DNA of 64,000 nt from an uncultured Ruficoccus sp. (lineage in GTDB: Bacteria; Verrucomicrobiota; Verrucomicrobiia; Opitutales; Cerasicoccaceae). Positions within the stretch are counted from its first letter, which is position 1. Each line of letters opens with the position of its first letter. The position numbers and the translations under genes were made by a program. This document shows positions 1 to 10,235 of the stretch, piece after piece. The stretch is from the NCBI GenBank assembly GCA_965140785.1, contig OZ223510.1, positions 32,001-96,000 of the forward strand, read 5' to 3'. The notes below the pieces were generated by a model. It ran no database searches. It was not told the origin of the DNA and was given only the letters and a program-made list of their open reading frames with translations.

Positions 1-2
1 AC

Positions 3-590
3 CCGCCCGGTAGTCCGCACCGGATCGCGTCCCTGTGCCCGTGTTGGGATTATTGCTGGCTGACATTCGACCACGCAGACTGTGTGCAGTGGCTGCAGGG
101 CTTCGGCCTGAGCGAGAGCCTGCACCGGGTCGGCCCCTGTCCGGTGGAGCGCTTTGAAGCCGTCGCCAGCGCGCTCGCGCTGGGTACCATGCAGGGCGAG
201 TACGAGGCCGCGCAGCAGGCCCATGCGCTGCTCATCGAGGCGTCCCGGGCCAAGGAGCCGGCGGGCCAGTCCCGCATCACCCAGGCCAAAGTCCTGATGG
301 ACGAACGCTTCGCCGAGCCGGAGCTGTCCGTCCAGTCGCTGGCGGGCGAGTTGGCCATGCACCGCACAACGCTTTTTCGGCTTTTTCGGGCGCAGTACGG
401 ACTGAACCCCAACCAGTATCTCAAAAACCTTCGCCTGCACCGGGCGCTGCAACTCATCCAGCAGGGCAATCTACCCATCGGCGAGATCGCCCGCAGCAGC
501 GGATTTAACGATCCCAATTACCTTTCCCGCCTGATCAAGCAGCGGGTGGGCGTACCGGCGCGGAAGATCCGGGCGGCGCGCCCTGTGTAG
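3..590 (+). CDS. AraC family transcriptional regulator (5' partial)
   Basis: Frame is open from base 3 (..WDYCWLTFD..). C-terminal AraC double HTH: LSVQSLAGELAMHRTTLFRLF..YLKNLRLHRA..IGEIARSSGFNDPNYLSRLIK. Confidence 0.9.
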   Translation, partial: PPGSPHRIASLCPCWDYCWLTFDHADCVQWLQGFGLSESLHRVGPCPVERFEAVASALALGTMQGEYEAAQQAHALLIEASRAKEPAGQSRITQAKVLMDERFAEPELSVQSLAGELAMHRTTLFRLFRAQYGLNPNQYLKNLRLHRALQLIQQGNLPIGEIARSSGFNDPNYLSRLIKQRVGVPARKIRAARPV

Positions 591-771
591 TGCTTTTTGG
601 ATACGTTCCAGCCTTCCTGTTGACGCCATTCGCAACTCCGATGGAAGGCGAAGACACGGAGCATCCTAAAGATGCCCGCGGTCGGATTCGGCCGCCACCT
701 CGCGTGCGGCCGCCTTGTCCTCGGCCAGTTGTCCAACGGTCTTGGTCTGAAGGCGTGCCGCGCCCGTGTAG

Positions 772-963
772 CCCTCGCGGGTAGCGATCGGCCATGAGCG
801 CATCGGCACGAAGGCGTATCGCTGGGCTGGAAATGATCGCCCCGGCGCGCACTTGTTGTGGCAGTTCACGCTGGCCGGGTTTCAGGATCAGGCCTACTTC
901 AGCCGCTTTTTCAAAAAACAGACCGGATTTTCCCCCTCCGAATGGCGACGCCAGTTCGGCTGA
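772..963 (+). pseudogene. Internally deleted AraC regulator remnant
   Basis: Frame from 781 reads VAIGHERIGTKAYRWAGNDRPGAHLLWQFTLAG (N-terminal cupin start) joined directly to FQDQAYFSRFFKKQTGFSPSEWRRQFG* (last AraC helix). In-frame stop upstream at 769-771. Confidence 0.75.
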
Positions 964-1014
964 GAAGCGGATACTTTACGGAGCGGTTTGCTTCCGGGCA
1001 TCGACAGATCGGCT

Positions 1015-1848
1015 CTAGGGCTGGGCTTCGATGACCTCCAGATAAACCTCGGCGTAGCGGCGGCCGAATTCGCGCTGGGATTCGGCGTTGAAGTGCACGT
1101 GGTCGGGGTTGTCGGTCAGCCCGTCGCTGGAGACGAAGCCGACGAAGTCCATTTCCTCCGCCACTTCGCGCTGGGACTGGTCAACCGCTTGACGGCCCTT
1201 GGACCAGGGGCGTTCGGGAAATTGCCCGAGCTGGCCGATAATAATGGGCAGATCTGGGTCATTGAATTCGGCCCGGAAGCGTTTGATCAGCTCCTTCAGC
1301 TTTGCCTTGTATCCACTGCCGAGGCGAACATCGGACTCACCCTGGTGCCAGAGAACGCCTTTCAGTGTGCCGTCCTGCATGGCCCGGTGGGTGCGGGCGA
1401 GCGCGTCGTCATAGGGATGGCTCCTCGTCTGGTTATGGTACCCACCGGGTACCCAGGTGGTGATGGACGATCCTCCGCAGGCGGCCGGGATCAGGCCAAT
1501 GACCACCTCGTCGTCCTCCTCTTCAGCCAGTGCAAGGGCGAATGTTCGTCCCGGTCCGACACCGGCTGCGCTCTTGTCGTAGTGGACCGGGTCCACGGCG
1601 GGCACCCACGTGCCGTCCTTGCTCAGCATGAGGACGCGGGGGGAGGGGACCTTGTCCTGGGGATCTACCTTACCACGTCCGGCCATGTTCGACTGCCCAG
1701 CCAGCAGATAGAGGTGAAAATTCTCCTTGGACGGGAGCTCGATGTCGCTCTCCTGAGCCAGGCTGAACGCCGTGCCGATGAGGACGAGGCAAAGGCTCAG
1801 CAGGCTGGTTTTAAGGGCGGCATGGCGGGGGCAGGAAATCTTGAACAT
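1015..1848 (-). CDS. Secreted SGNH sialate O-acetylesterase / CE6-like carbohydrate esterase (SASA/DUF303)
   Basis: Motifs LLAGQSNMAGRG, GLIPAACGGSSI, GVLWHQGESD, DHVHF. Signal peptide follows ATG at 1848. Confidence 0.9.
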   Translation of the reverse strand: MFKISCPRHAALKTSLLSLCLVLIGTAFSLAQESDIELPSKENFHLYLLAGQSNMAGRGKVDPQDKVPSPRVLMLSKDGTWVPAVDPVHYDKSAAGVGPGRTFALALAEEEDDEVVIGLIPAACGGSSITTWVPGGYHNQTRSHPYDDALARTHRAMQDGTLKGVLWHQGESDVRLGSGYKAKLKELIKRFRAEFNDPDLPIIIGQLGQFPERPWSKGRQAVDQSQREVAEEMDFVGFVSSDGLTDNPDHVHFNAESQREFGRRYAEVYLEVIEAQP

Positions 1849-2080
1849 GGCTTTGCTACGTATGGTTCTATTGGAGGATAAAGGCTGAGTTTTTCCGATT
1901 CCAGACCACTGGGCAAAGAGAATTTCATTCATATATAGGAAAAATGCGGGCAAGTCTGCAAGCGGGCTAAGCAGGGGACTCCCTCGAAATTGCGATGCGG
2001 TTAGCGTCAGACGCGGAACATTTAACCGAGAGCTGCCTGTGAAAATGGTACGCTTGTTCGATGACTCACGTCCTGCCTGC

Positions 2081-3187
2081 TCAGAAACCGGTCGGCGGGA
2101 TTGCATCCGGCTGCTTGCAGGGGGTGCTCAGTTCGATCTTGCATCCGGTCTGTTCGGACTGGTCAAAGGCGAGCATCGCTTCGAGAATATGACAGGCCAG
2201 TTCGCCACTGGCGCGGTGGGGGCGGTTTTCCCGGATGGCGAGCACCAGGTCGGCCAGTCCCAGGCCGCGCCCGGCGGCGTAGTCATGAGTGGCTGGAAGC
2301 TCCTGATATTCTTTCTCTCCGGCCCGGCGCAGGTACACCGTGCCGTTGAATTCGTTGGGGTCGGTGCATTTGAGCGTGCCCTCGGTGCCGATGATTTCCG
2401 GCATCTTATCAAAGTCGCTGCCGCCGGGCATGTCGAAGCTCATCAGCGTGAGCGCATGGACGCCGCTCTGGGTTTCAACGACGCCGGAGTAGTGGGTTGG
2501 CACCTCCACTGCGACCCGGGTGCCGTTGAGCGGCTCGCTGGTGATGAGCCGTTCGGCGAAGGCTTGCCGTGAGCGACCGACGACTGAGCGCAACGGTCCG
2601 ACCAACTGCACCAGCGCACTCAGGTAGTAGGGGCCGAAGTCGAGCATCGGGCCGCCGCCGACCTTGTAGTAAAAGGCGGGATTCGGGTGCCAGGACTCAT
2701 GGCCACCGCTGCCCCACATGAGGCGTGCTGCCACAGGCGTGCCGATCAGGCCCTGCTCGATCGCGGCGCGCGCGGTCTGCGTGCCGGGGCCCAGCACCGT
2801 GTCCGGAGCGCAGCCGACGCGCAGGTTGCGCTCTTGGGCCAGTTGCAGCACCTTCCGGCCATCGTCCAGATTGAGGGCGAAGGGTTTTTCGCAGTAAACA
2901 TGCTTGCCGCTTTCCAGGGCGCGGAGGTTGATCTCGGCATGGGCGGCGGGATGGGTGAGGTTGAGGATCACGTCGATATCGGAGGCGGCCAGCAGTTCCT
3001 CCGCAGAAAACACCGCGGGGATATCGAAGTCCTGCGCCAGCTTTTGGGCCAACTCAGCTCGCAGGTCCGCGCAGGCGGTTATGCGGAACTCTTTACGCGT
3101 GGCGGCAAAGGGGAGATAGGCCTTGCGGGCGATGTCGCCGCAGCCGATCAGGCCGACGCGCAAGGGAGTATGGGTGGGAGTCGTCAT
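2081..3187 (-). CDS. Gfo/Idh/MocA family NAD-dependent oxidoreductase
   Basis: Motifs VGLIGCGDIA, GKHVYCEKP, GGGPMLDFGPYY. Confidence 0.93.
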   Translation of the reverse strand: MTTPTHTPLRVGLIGCGDIARKAYLPFAATRKEFRITACADLRAELAQKLAQDFDIPAVFSAEELLAASDIDVILNLTHPAAHAEINLRALESGKHVYCEKPFALNLDDGRKVLQLAQERNLRVGCAPDTVLGPGTQTARAAIEQGLIGTPVAARLMWGSGGHESWHPNPAFYYKVGGGPMLDFGPYYLSALVQLVGPLRSVVGRSRQAFAERLITSEPLNGTRVAVEVPTHYSGVVETQSGVHALTLMSFDMPGGSDFDKMPEIIGTEGTLKCTDPNEFNGTVYLRRAGEKEYQELPATHDYAAGRGLGLADLVLAIRENRPHRASGELACHILEAMLAFDQSEQTGCKIELSTPCKQPDAIPPTGF

Positions 3188-3217
3188 TGGGAATGAAGGA
3201 GAGGAGGTGGAAGGGGT

Positions 3218-3868
3218 TTAGCGGCTGGCCCAGAGCAGCCCGCGCACGGTCATGGCCCAGACTTGCGGATAGGTTTCGAATTCGGCGGTCTTGTGGCCGA
3301 GTGCGGAGCAGAAGACCCGCCCGGAGCCCCAGGGTTTCGTCCAGACGACGGGCATGTTGACGGTGCGGCCTTCGTGTTCATAGACCGTTGTGGCCAGCAT
3401 GTGGATGGCGGGGTCGAACTGGAGGTAATACTGTTCGGAGTCGTACGCGAAGGACGCCGGCAGATCGCTCATGGCGGGGTGGGTCCCGTCTGTCACATAA
3501 ACGTGGTAGGGGCCGACGTAGGGGTGAGCGACGAAGTGAGCGCCGACCATCCACTCGTAGTCGATGCTGCCGCGAAAGGCGTCTGCCATACCGCCGTGGA
3601 AACCGCCCAGACCCGAGCCTTCGCGGACGGCCTGGCAGAGGTTTTTCTGACGTTCGTCACTGAGACTGCCCATTGTCCAGATCGGGATGATGAGGTCACA
3701 GGCTTGCAGCAACGGCAGATCGTCGAGGCAGTCCAGGCTTGCTTGGAGATTAACGTCATAGCCTGCCGTGTTGAGGGCCTGGGCCGTCAGTTGAGCCATT
3801 TTCTCCGGCTCATGTCCGTCCCATCCTCCGTAGATGATGAGGGCTTTCTTGTCGTTGGAAGTTTTCAT
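3218..3868 (-). CDS. ThuA domain-containing protein
   Basis: Motifs ALIIYGGWDGHEP, GLGGFHGGMADAFR, SEQYY, MPVVWTKPWGSGRVF..LGH. Confidence 0.9.
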   Translation of the reverse strand: MKTSNDKKALIIYGGWDGHEPEKMAQLTAQALNTAGYDVNLQASLDCLDDLPLLQACDLIIPIWTMGSLSDERQKNLCQAVREGSGLGGFHGGMADAFRGSIDYEWMVGAHFVAHPYVGPYHVYVTDGTHPAMSDLPASFAYDSEQYYLQFDPAIHMLATTVYEHEGRTVNMPVVWTKPWGSGRVFCSALGHKTAEFETYPQVWAMTVRGLLWASR

Positions 3869-3934
3869 AGATAGATTATTTGCCTAAATTAACACCGTTG
3901 TGGTTCTTGTTAAATAGCTATTTTATTCAAAAAT

Positions 3935-4810
3935 ATGGATAATTTATTCATGCATGCGGGACAAACGCCTCGCTTGTTGCGGGGCGCTCCGCCGGTGCAG
4001 CATGCCGGTTATCTGCCCCGGAAAACTGATGTCATCGATTTGGAGTTCGACAGTTTCAACTTGTCCTTTCTCTTGTCCGGGAGCGGGTTTTTCGCGGTGG
4101 ATGGTAAACGTGTGACAGTGACCGCGCCCTGCGTGCTTACGCAGTGGGAGGGGCCGCATTTCCACTACGGACAGGATGATCGCGGGGGCGGGTGGGAAGA
4201 GCTGTTCTTCATTTACCCGAGCGAAAGTCGTGCGGACTTCGAACGCCGGGGGCTGTGGAGGCCGGAGCGGCCCTGGTGGCCGATCGCCCGCGAGGTAGTC
4301 ACACGGCGCCTCGCGGACGAGGTATTGGAACTGATGCGGGCCTCACGTCCGGTGGAGGTCATCGACCTGATCGACCGGCTGGCCGAGGCCATGGTGGTGG
4401 CCAGCCTGGGGGCGCGCCTGCATATCCGGGAAGCGCAGGACGAGCGGGCTCTCCATATCGGGCGCCTGCGGGAACGTCTGGCCCAGTCTCCCTGTGAACC
4501 TGTTGACTGGACAGCCCGAGCCGCTGCCTGCGGCTGCAGCCTCTCGACGTTTCGCCGTCTGTGGATGGATCAGGTCGGCATTCCGCCCGCTCGCTATGTC
4601 ATGCAATTACGGATACAGGAAGCGGCCCGCCTGCTGCTGGAGACCAACGTGCCCGTGGCGGAAGTGGCGGCGGCCATCGGGGTGGAGGACCCGTTGTATT
4701 TTTCCCGGCTGTTTCGGCAGCAGACCGGGGAGGCTCCGTCCATTTACCGTCAGCGCAAGCGCATGCTGTTGGCCGGGATGTCCTCGTCTTTCCGGGATGA
4801 GACCAGCTAG
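3935..4810 (+). CDS. AraC family transcriptional regulator
   Basis: N-terminal cupin plus C-terminal LRIQEAARLL..VAEVAAAIGVEDPLYFSRLFRQQTG. Divergent from thuA. Confidence 0.92.
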   Translation: MDNLFMHAGQTPRLLRGAPPVQHAGYLPRKTDVIDLEFDSFNLSFLLSGSGFFAVDGKRVTVTAPCVLTQWEGPHFHYGQDDRGGGWEELFFIYPSESRADFERRGLWRPERPWWPIAREVVTRRLADEVLELMRASRPVEVIDLIDRLAEAMVVASLGARLHIREAQDERALHIGRLRERLAQSPCEPVDWTARAAACGCSLSTFRRLWMDQVGIPPARYVMQLRIQEAARLLLETNVPVAEVAAAIGVEDPLYFSRLFRQQTGEAPSIYRQRKRMLLAGMSSSFRDETS

Positions 4811-4842
4811 AGGTCCCATGTAGAAAGGGGTGGGCGCTTAAG

Positions 4843-4856
4843 CTTATGTGTATAAA
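4843..4856. promoter_or_regulatory. Candidate operator (WTTATRYRYATAAA family)
   Basis: cttatgtgtataaa upstream of the 4911 gene; the same motif recurs at several other promoters. Confidence 0.55.
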
Positions 4857-4910
4857 TAACTCCGGGCTATCTGTGGAGTCAGGCAGAGAGTAGTTTGCAT
4901 GATAACACTC

Positions 4911-6089
4911 ATGCCGTTTACATTTCCAAATGCTCATACCCTCGGTGTGGAGGTCCAGGCTGTGACCCAGGGCCCCCGGCACCATTTTTTCGGGTACTAC
5001 GATAAATCCTGCTGGGATGCCTCCGGGCGCTGGATCCTGGGATTGGAGTCCGCCTTTATGGATCGTCCTCCTCGCGCCGGTGACAAGGCCGTGATTGGGC
5101 TCATCGATGTCCGGAACGATTTCGACTGGCGTCCGCTGGCCGAGACGGGGGCGTGGAACTGGCAGCAGGGATGCATGCTCCAATGGCTGGGAGACCGGCC
5201 GGAGATCATCTTTAACGACTTGGGCGAGGACGGTTTCTTTGCCCGCATTCTCAATCTCGAGACGGGCGAGGAGCGCCGCGTGTCGAGGCCGGTTTACGCG
5301 GTCAACCGCACCGGCACCCATGCCATCTCCCTGAACTTCTCCCGGCTGCACCACCAGCGGCCCGGCTATGGCTACGACGGAGTGCCGGATGCCTGGGAGC
5401 AGGTGGACGAACCGGCTGACGACGGCCTGTACGCGGTGGATTTGCAGACCGGCGAATCTCAGCTGATCCTGAGCATCGCCGAGGCCGCGAGCTTCCAGCG
5501 CCGGGCCGAGTTCGATGACAAGACCCACCGTTTCAATCACGCTCAGTTCAGTGCTGATCCAAATCGCTTTGCTTTCCTGCATCGCTATAAAAGCCCCGAA
5601 GACGAAGTGGGAAGTACCCGCCTGATGACGCTTAATCTGGATGGCAGCGACCTGCGCTGCCTCTCCGATCAGGGGATGGTCTCGCACTACGACTGGCTTG
5701 GCTCGTCTGCCGTGCTGGCCTGGGCGCATCGCCGGGATATTGGAAACCGCTATTTCCTCTTCCAGGATCGCAGCAGCGAGATCGAAGTGGTCGGGGAGGG
5801 CGTCTTTCACTGTGACGGGCATTGCTCCTTTTCCCCGGATAATGAGTGGATGCTGACGGATACCTATCCGGATGAGACGCACCACCGCAGCCTCCTGCTT
5901 TACCATCTGCGTACCGGCACCGTGCACCTGCTGGGGCGCTTTCTGTCTCCGCCGATGGAGTGGCAAATCCGGTGCGACCTGCATCCACGCTGGAACCGGG
6001 ACGGGACACAAGTGTGTATCGACTCGATCCACGAAGGGCACCGCCAAATGTACGTGCTGGACGTCAGTTCGCTGACTACTGGAGCGTGA
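4911..6089 (+). CDS. TolB-like beta-propeller protein, oligogalacturonate lyase-like fold (function uncertain)
   Basis: Motifs HHFFGYYDK, WNWQQG, DGHCSFSPD, TDTYPD, RCDLHPRW. Alternative start at 4899. Confidence 0.7.
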   Translation: MPFTFPNAHTLGVEVQAVTQGPRHHFFGYYDKSCWDASGRWILGLESAFMDRPPRAGDKAVIGLIDVRNDFDWRPLAETGAWNWQQGCMLQWLGDRPEIIFNDLGEDGFFARILNLETGEERRVSRPVYAVNRTGTHAISLNFSRLHHQRPGYGYDGVPDAWEQVDEPADDGLYAVDLQTGESQLILSIAEAASFQRRAEFDDKTHRFNHAQFSADPNRFAFLHRYKSPEDEVGSTRLMTLNLDGSDLRCLSDQGMVSHYDWLGSSAVLAWAHRRDIGNRYFLFQDRSSEIEVVGEGVFHCDGHCSFSPDNEWMLTDTYPDETHHRSLLLYHLRTGTVHLLGRFLSPPMEWQIRCDLHPRWNRDGTQVCIDSIHEGHRQMYVLDVSSLTTGA

Positions 6090-6103
6090 GTACGTTAACG
6101 GGG

Positions 6104-7174
6104 TTAACGTGACTTTTTAACGCGCTTGAGCGGCTTTTTATCTTTCGCGTCCATTTGGCGCAGGGTGGTGCCGTCCACCCATGTGCCGTCCACCAGTTGC
6201 GAGAGCGGGACGGCGGGCACTCCGCATTCGCGACGGTGGATCAAGTCCACCAGAAACTCCAACGCCCGCGCCCCGATCAGTTCCGGGTTTTCCCAGATGC
6301 CCGAAAAGACCTTGCCTTCATCCGGCACGGAGAGCAGGGCGAGGCCGGTCGTTTCGGGAATGCTTTCGCCGGCTTCGATCAGCCACTCACGCACCTCGGG
6401 CCAGATAGCGATGACGACATCGGGCCGGTGCTGCTTAAACCAGCGGGTAAAAACTGCCTGGGTCAATGGTTGCGGCAGCAGTGGGGTGACCCGGCCCCCG
6501 GGCGGCAGCCTCCGCTGGGAACTCAAGTAGGCGGCAGACCAGTTATAGTCGGCGCGCCGGTCGCTTTCGTCGGACAGGGCGAGTCCCGGGCGCTTATAGC
6601 CCAGCCGCCGCAGGTTTGTCATCAGCTTCGTCATGGAGCGGAACTGGTGCAGCGTGGCCAGGTGGAGAGCGGGCTTGAGCAGGGTGTAGCCAAAGGTGAC
6701 GGCGGAGAATTTCGTGAAGTCAAACTCGATGCTCATGTCCGGCCCCGGCTGGGGAGCCAGCAATATGCCCGGGATGTTACGGGCCTGGAGCATCCCGGCC
6801 AATCGGCGGGGCGTCATGTTTTTACCCCGCAGGTAGTGCTCCTCCAGGCGATAGCCCAGCTCATTAGCCCGCTTGATTGCGCCGCTAAGGTACAGGCGGA
6901 AGGTGGTGGAGTTCTTCCAGCGCGAGTCCTCGCCCTCGTTGACGAGCCAGGCCAGCGTCGCCTGGTACTGGACGGGGAGTATCTGCTTGCGGTAGGCGGA
7001 GAGGGCTGAAAGGAACGGGTCGGGGCGGTAGCCTAGGCGCTCGGCGGCCTCGTGGACTTTTTGCTGAGTTTCTGCGGAGATCTTGGGGTGCTTGGCCAGG
7101 GCCATCGACACGGCGGCCTGGGTCAGGCCGGTGGCTTCTGCGATGTTTTTCTGGGTGGGGCGCTGGGAAGCCAT
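6104..7174 (-). CDS. LacI family transcriptional regulator
   Basis: N-terminal HTH PTQKNIAEATGLTQAAVSMALAKHPKIS..LGYRPD followed by a sugar-binding domain. Confidence 0.92.
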   Translation of the reverse strand: MASQRPTQKNIAEATGLTQAAVSMALAKHPKISAETQQKVHEAAERLGYRPDPFLSALSAYRKQILPVQYQATLAWLVNEGEDSRWKNSTTFRLYLSGAIKRANELGYRLEEHYLRGKNMTPRRLAGMLQARNIPGILLAPQPGPDMSIEFDFTKFSAVTFGYTLLKPALHLATLHQFRSMTKLMTNLRRLGYKRPGLALSDESDRRADYNWSAAYLSSQRRLPPGGRVTPLLPQPLTQAVFTRWFKQHRPDVVIAIWPEVREWLIEAGESIPETTGLALLSVPDEGKVFSGIWENPELIGARALEFLVDLIHRRECGVPAVPLSQLVDGTWVDGTTLRQMDAKDKKPLKRVKKSR

Positions 7175-7298
7175 GGTCGTGGGCGGTTGTCGAGGCCGGA
7201 ACGGGCCGTTAACGCAAGCGGTGCGTCACCAATATGAGAGGCGGACCGGCAGGGGGACAAGCTTTTCTCCGCTCAAGCGCCAGTCGGTATCGAGCAGG

Positions 7299-9179
7299 CT
7301 AACGTTGGACGGAGACGCTGAGGGGAGCGTCTTCCAACGAAACCTCGCGCACGTCCACCACTCTTTCCCCAATCAGCGTTGTGATCCGGTAATCGCCCTT
7401 AAAGCCGCGGGCGCTCCAGGTGCCGTCACTGTCGGTTTGGCCGGAGGTCTGCGTCCACCATTCCCCGCGCACGAGGTCGAGGTAGGCGCGTCCGGCGGGG
7501 CGGATTTGCCAGTCGAGGCTCCAGAGCGCGGCAGTGGCGTTCCAGTGTCGCCCGGCCCAGAAGCCCCATAGCTGGATGCCGGTGGCGGAGGGATGGCTGA
7601 AGACGGCGGTATAAAAGTCCCGTAGGTACTGGGCCTGGAACTGGTCGTCGGGCGAATCAATGTCAAATTCGGTGACCTTGATGTCCTTGCCGAGTACAGC
7701 CAGTCGGTCGAGCGTTTCCAGAATCTGTAAGGGTGGGGTGACGGCCCAGCCGCTGTAGTGGCACTGGATGCCGAGGCCGTCCAGCGGCGCACCTTCGTCG
7801 ATAAGGAAGTTTGCCATGCGCTCGAGTTCGTCCACACGCTCGCCGGGGGTGAAGGTGAGGGCTTCGTTGAGAAAGAGCCGGCCCTGTGGCAGCCAGCGCC
7901 GGGCTTCCTCGAAGACGTCCACCATGAAGGACTCGCCGCCGAGCAGGTCGAGAATCTCGTGGTTGAGACGGGGCTCGTTGATCACGTCCCACTCGTTGAC
8001 GTAAGGGGCGGTGGCGGTCAGCTCGTCCTGGATGTGGTCCATGATGACCTGCCGCAACTGCGCAGGATCGTGCTTGTAGTTTTGCACAAAGGCCGGCGTG
8101 CGGCTGGTGTAGAAGCTCGGCCACAGCAGGACATGGCCACGGATGTTTTTGAACCCGTTGGCCTGTAGCCATTCCAGGCCGTGAAGCGTGCGCGTGCGTA
8201 AATGTGACTCGGCCCAGTTGGGCCATTTCAGGTCATTCTCGGTACCGCAGGCGTCAAAGTTGTTGAGCAGCACGGACTGGTACATGGCCACATCGGAGGG
8301 CTTTTCGGTGTATTTTGTTTGTTGGGAATCACCGGGTAAAATCGCGTAGCCGAGCATCTCACGCACGGAGACGGCAGTGCCGAAGCCGAAGGCGTGGCGC
8401 GTCTGCTCCAGACGGACGGTAGCGCCGGGCACGGGGTTGCCGTCGGCGTCGGTAACCCGGATGTTTACCGCCTGCTTGCGAATGCGCTCGATGCGTTCGC
8501 GGGCTTCCTGGCGCCAGGCCGCATCGGGTTCGATGCCGGCATACGGATCGGGCCGGGAAGCGGGGAGGGCGGACAGCTTTGTCTCGGGGGGGAGTCGCCA
8601 CAGCTCGATGTCCTTGAACTCAAGCACTTGCGGGGCGTAGCCAAGGCGGAGGCTGAGCTTGAGCGTGTCGGGGGCGTAGGCTTTAGAGAAGCGACCCGCA
8701 GTGCTGAATGTCCGCCACTCGGCGGTGGCGGGAAAGCCGCCCCGCACCCAGAGCGTCTTGGTGAAGGGCATCTCCCGCAACTCGACGAGGGGGGAGAGGC
8801 GACCGATGCCATTCTCGGCCTCCGTGCGCAAGCAGCGGACCTTCAGGCGAAGAAAGATGACGTCGCTCCGATCGAAGCCGCTCTTGGGGTGGGCGTTGAG
8901 CTGGATGTCGTAATCATGCTTCGGGCGCGGGCCTTCCGTCGTCACACGCATAATAGCGTCCGGTGAGCCGTCCGCGGGCAACCACTCGATCTGCGCCTTC
9001 GGGGATTCCGTGACGAACATCCCCGGTCCCGGGGGCGGCAGGACCTGCTGGCCGTCTTTGAGGAAGTTCTCCCCGGCGCCACGGGCACAAAGGGCGCCCT
9101 GGCTGAGCAGCATCCCGAGGCCGATAAAGGAAAAAAGGTGCCGGAAGAAGGAGGGGTGTCGCGAGGGGGTAGTCAGCAT
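7299..9179 (-). CDS. GH10 family glycoside hydrolase with N-terminal CBM-like domain (paralog 1)
   Basis: Motifs ENDLKW, RGHVLLWP, WDVINEP (acid/base), VTEFDI (nucleophile), WGFW. Signal-like N-terminus; start is approximate. Confidence 0.88.
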   Translation of the reverse strand: MLTTPSRHPSFFRHLFSFIGLGMLLSQGALCARGAGENFLKDGQQVLPPPGPGMFVTESPKAQIEWLPADGSPDAIMRVTTEGPRPKHDYDIQLNAHPKSGFDRSDVIFLRLKVRCLRTEAENGIGRLSPLVELREMPFTKTLWVRGGFPATAEWRTFSTAGRFSKAYAPDTLKLSLRLGYAPQVLEFKDIELWRLPPETKLSALPASRPDPYAGIEPDAAWRQEARERIERIRKQAVNIRVTDADGNPVPGATVRLEQTRHAFGFGTAVSVREMLGYAILPGDSQQTKYTEKPSDVAMYQSVLLNNFDACGTENDLKWPNWAESHLRTRTLHGLEWLQANGFKNIRGHVLLWPSFYTSRTPAFVQNYKHDPAQLRQVIMDHIQDELTATAPYVNEWDVINEPRLNHEILDLLGGESFMVDVFEEARRWLPQGRLFLNEALTFTPGERVDELERMANFLIDEGAPLDGLGIQCHYSGWAVTPPLQILETLDRLAVLGKDIKVTEFDIDSPDDQFQAQYLRDFYTAVFSHPSATGIQLWGFWAGRHWNATAALWSLDWQIRPAGRAYLDLVRGEWWTQTSGQTDSDGTWSARGFKGDYRITTLIGERVVDVREVSLEDAPLSVSVQR

Positions 9180-9225
9180 GAGTTGAAGGTTAAGGCTTTC
9201 TTTTATAAAGGACAGAAATGCTCGG

Positions 9226-9263
9226 ATTATACATATAAATCTTCGCTGATTTATGCGCATAAA
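9226..9263. promoter_or_regulatory. Two candidate operators in the divergent promoter
   Basis: attatacatataaa (9226-9239) and the perfect palindrome tttatgcgcataaa (9250-9263). Confidence 0.6.
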
Positions 9264-9497
9264 AAGTTCAGTGGCTGACGCGATCCGGTAATCGCTATGT
9301 GGTGGCGGAACAATCGTTGGTTCTTGTCTCTTTCATGATCACGCTGCGGGCCCGCCCCGGACGTTCGCCTGTCGTTTGAAATCGAGAGGCCCCGGCGGTT
9401 TTCCGAGTTAATTTGCGATGTTTGCTTACCCGTCCGTATATTTCCCGATACCGCGCCTGTCTCCGGATGCGGAAAAGTTTGAGGCGGAGGTTCTGCG

Positions 9498-10095
9498 TTG
9501 AAGCGCCTCTTTGCGACCCTGCTCTCGGTGCTTTTGATCTGGGCAGCCTTGGTTTATGTGCTGCAACCCGGCCATCATAGCTCGGCGCCGGTGCTGTATT
9601 GGACGACTGACAACAACCCGGTACGCGCGATCCAGATCGAGCAGTTTCAGGAATGGCTTGTGCAGCACGACTATCCGGAAATGGTGTTGCGGCTGGACAC
9701 TTCGAACGCCGACCTGAGCAAGAAACTCATCCAGGGGGTGTCCGGGGTGGCCTCGGACCTGATCGACCTCAACCCGAGTCCATCGATTTCTTAATCCGCA
9801 TGGGCTTGATACGCCCGGTGAGCGAAGAGGCCAGGGAGATGGGCTTTTCCCTGGAGGCAATGTTTCCCCGGATCAAGGACATCATCATGCGTGACGGTGT
9901 GCAGTATGGCTTTCCGGCTAACATCACGGCGGACATGATGGTGGTGAACCGCGATTGCTTCCGCGAAGTGGGCATGGAGACTCCGCCGGAGCGGATGGAC
10001 TTTGCACAGTTCGAACGCATCGGTAAGGAATACTGCCGGCGCGCCAACGAAGGGTTGCCGCGCCCGGTTTATTTTTACTCCACCGTGCCGGAGCG
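9498..10095 (+). pseudogene. ABC sugar-binding protein, frameshifted and 3' truncated
   Basis: MKRLFATLL..LYWTTDNNPVR..KKLIQGVSGVASDLIDLNP, then a frameshift near 9775 to ESIDFLIRMG..DGVQYGFPAN..VNRDCF. Breaks off near 10095. Confidence 0.8.
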
Positions 10096-10233
10096 TTTTT
10101 CGACAGCAGCCGGGGGCAGTCCACCCACCTGATGATGGCCGCGGTGACGATGTCGGTTATACCGATGATCATTGTCTTCGTCCTCATGCAGAAGCAGTTT
10201 ATCCGGGGGATTTCTTCCGGGGCGGCCAAGGGC
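10096..10233 (+). pseudogene. C-terminal fragment of a carbohydrate ABC permease (MalG-like)
   Basis: FFDSSRGQSTHLMMAAVTMSVIPMIIVFVLMQKQFIRGISSGAAKG is the typical MalG-family C-terminus. Confidence 0.8.
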
Positions 10234-10235
10234 TG

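Noticed and set aside
1849..2106. N-terminal extension of the esterase ORF
   Set aside because: It overlaps the upstream gene and intergenic DNA; the signal peptide starts at ATG 1848.
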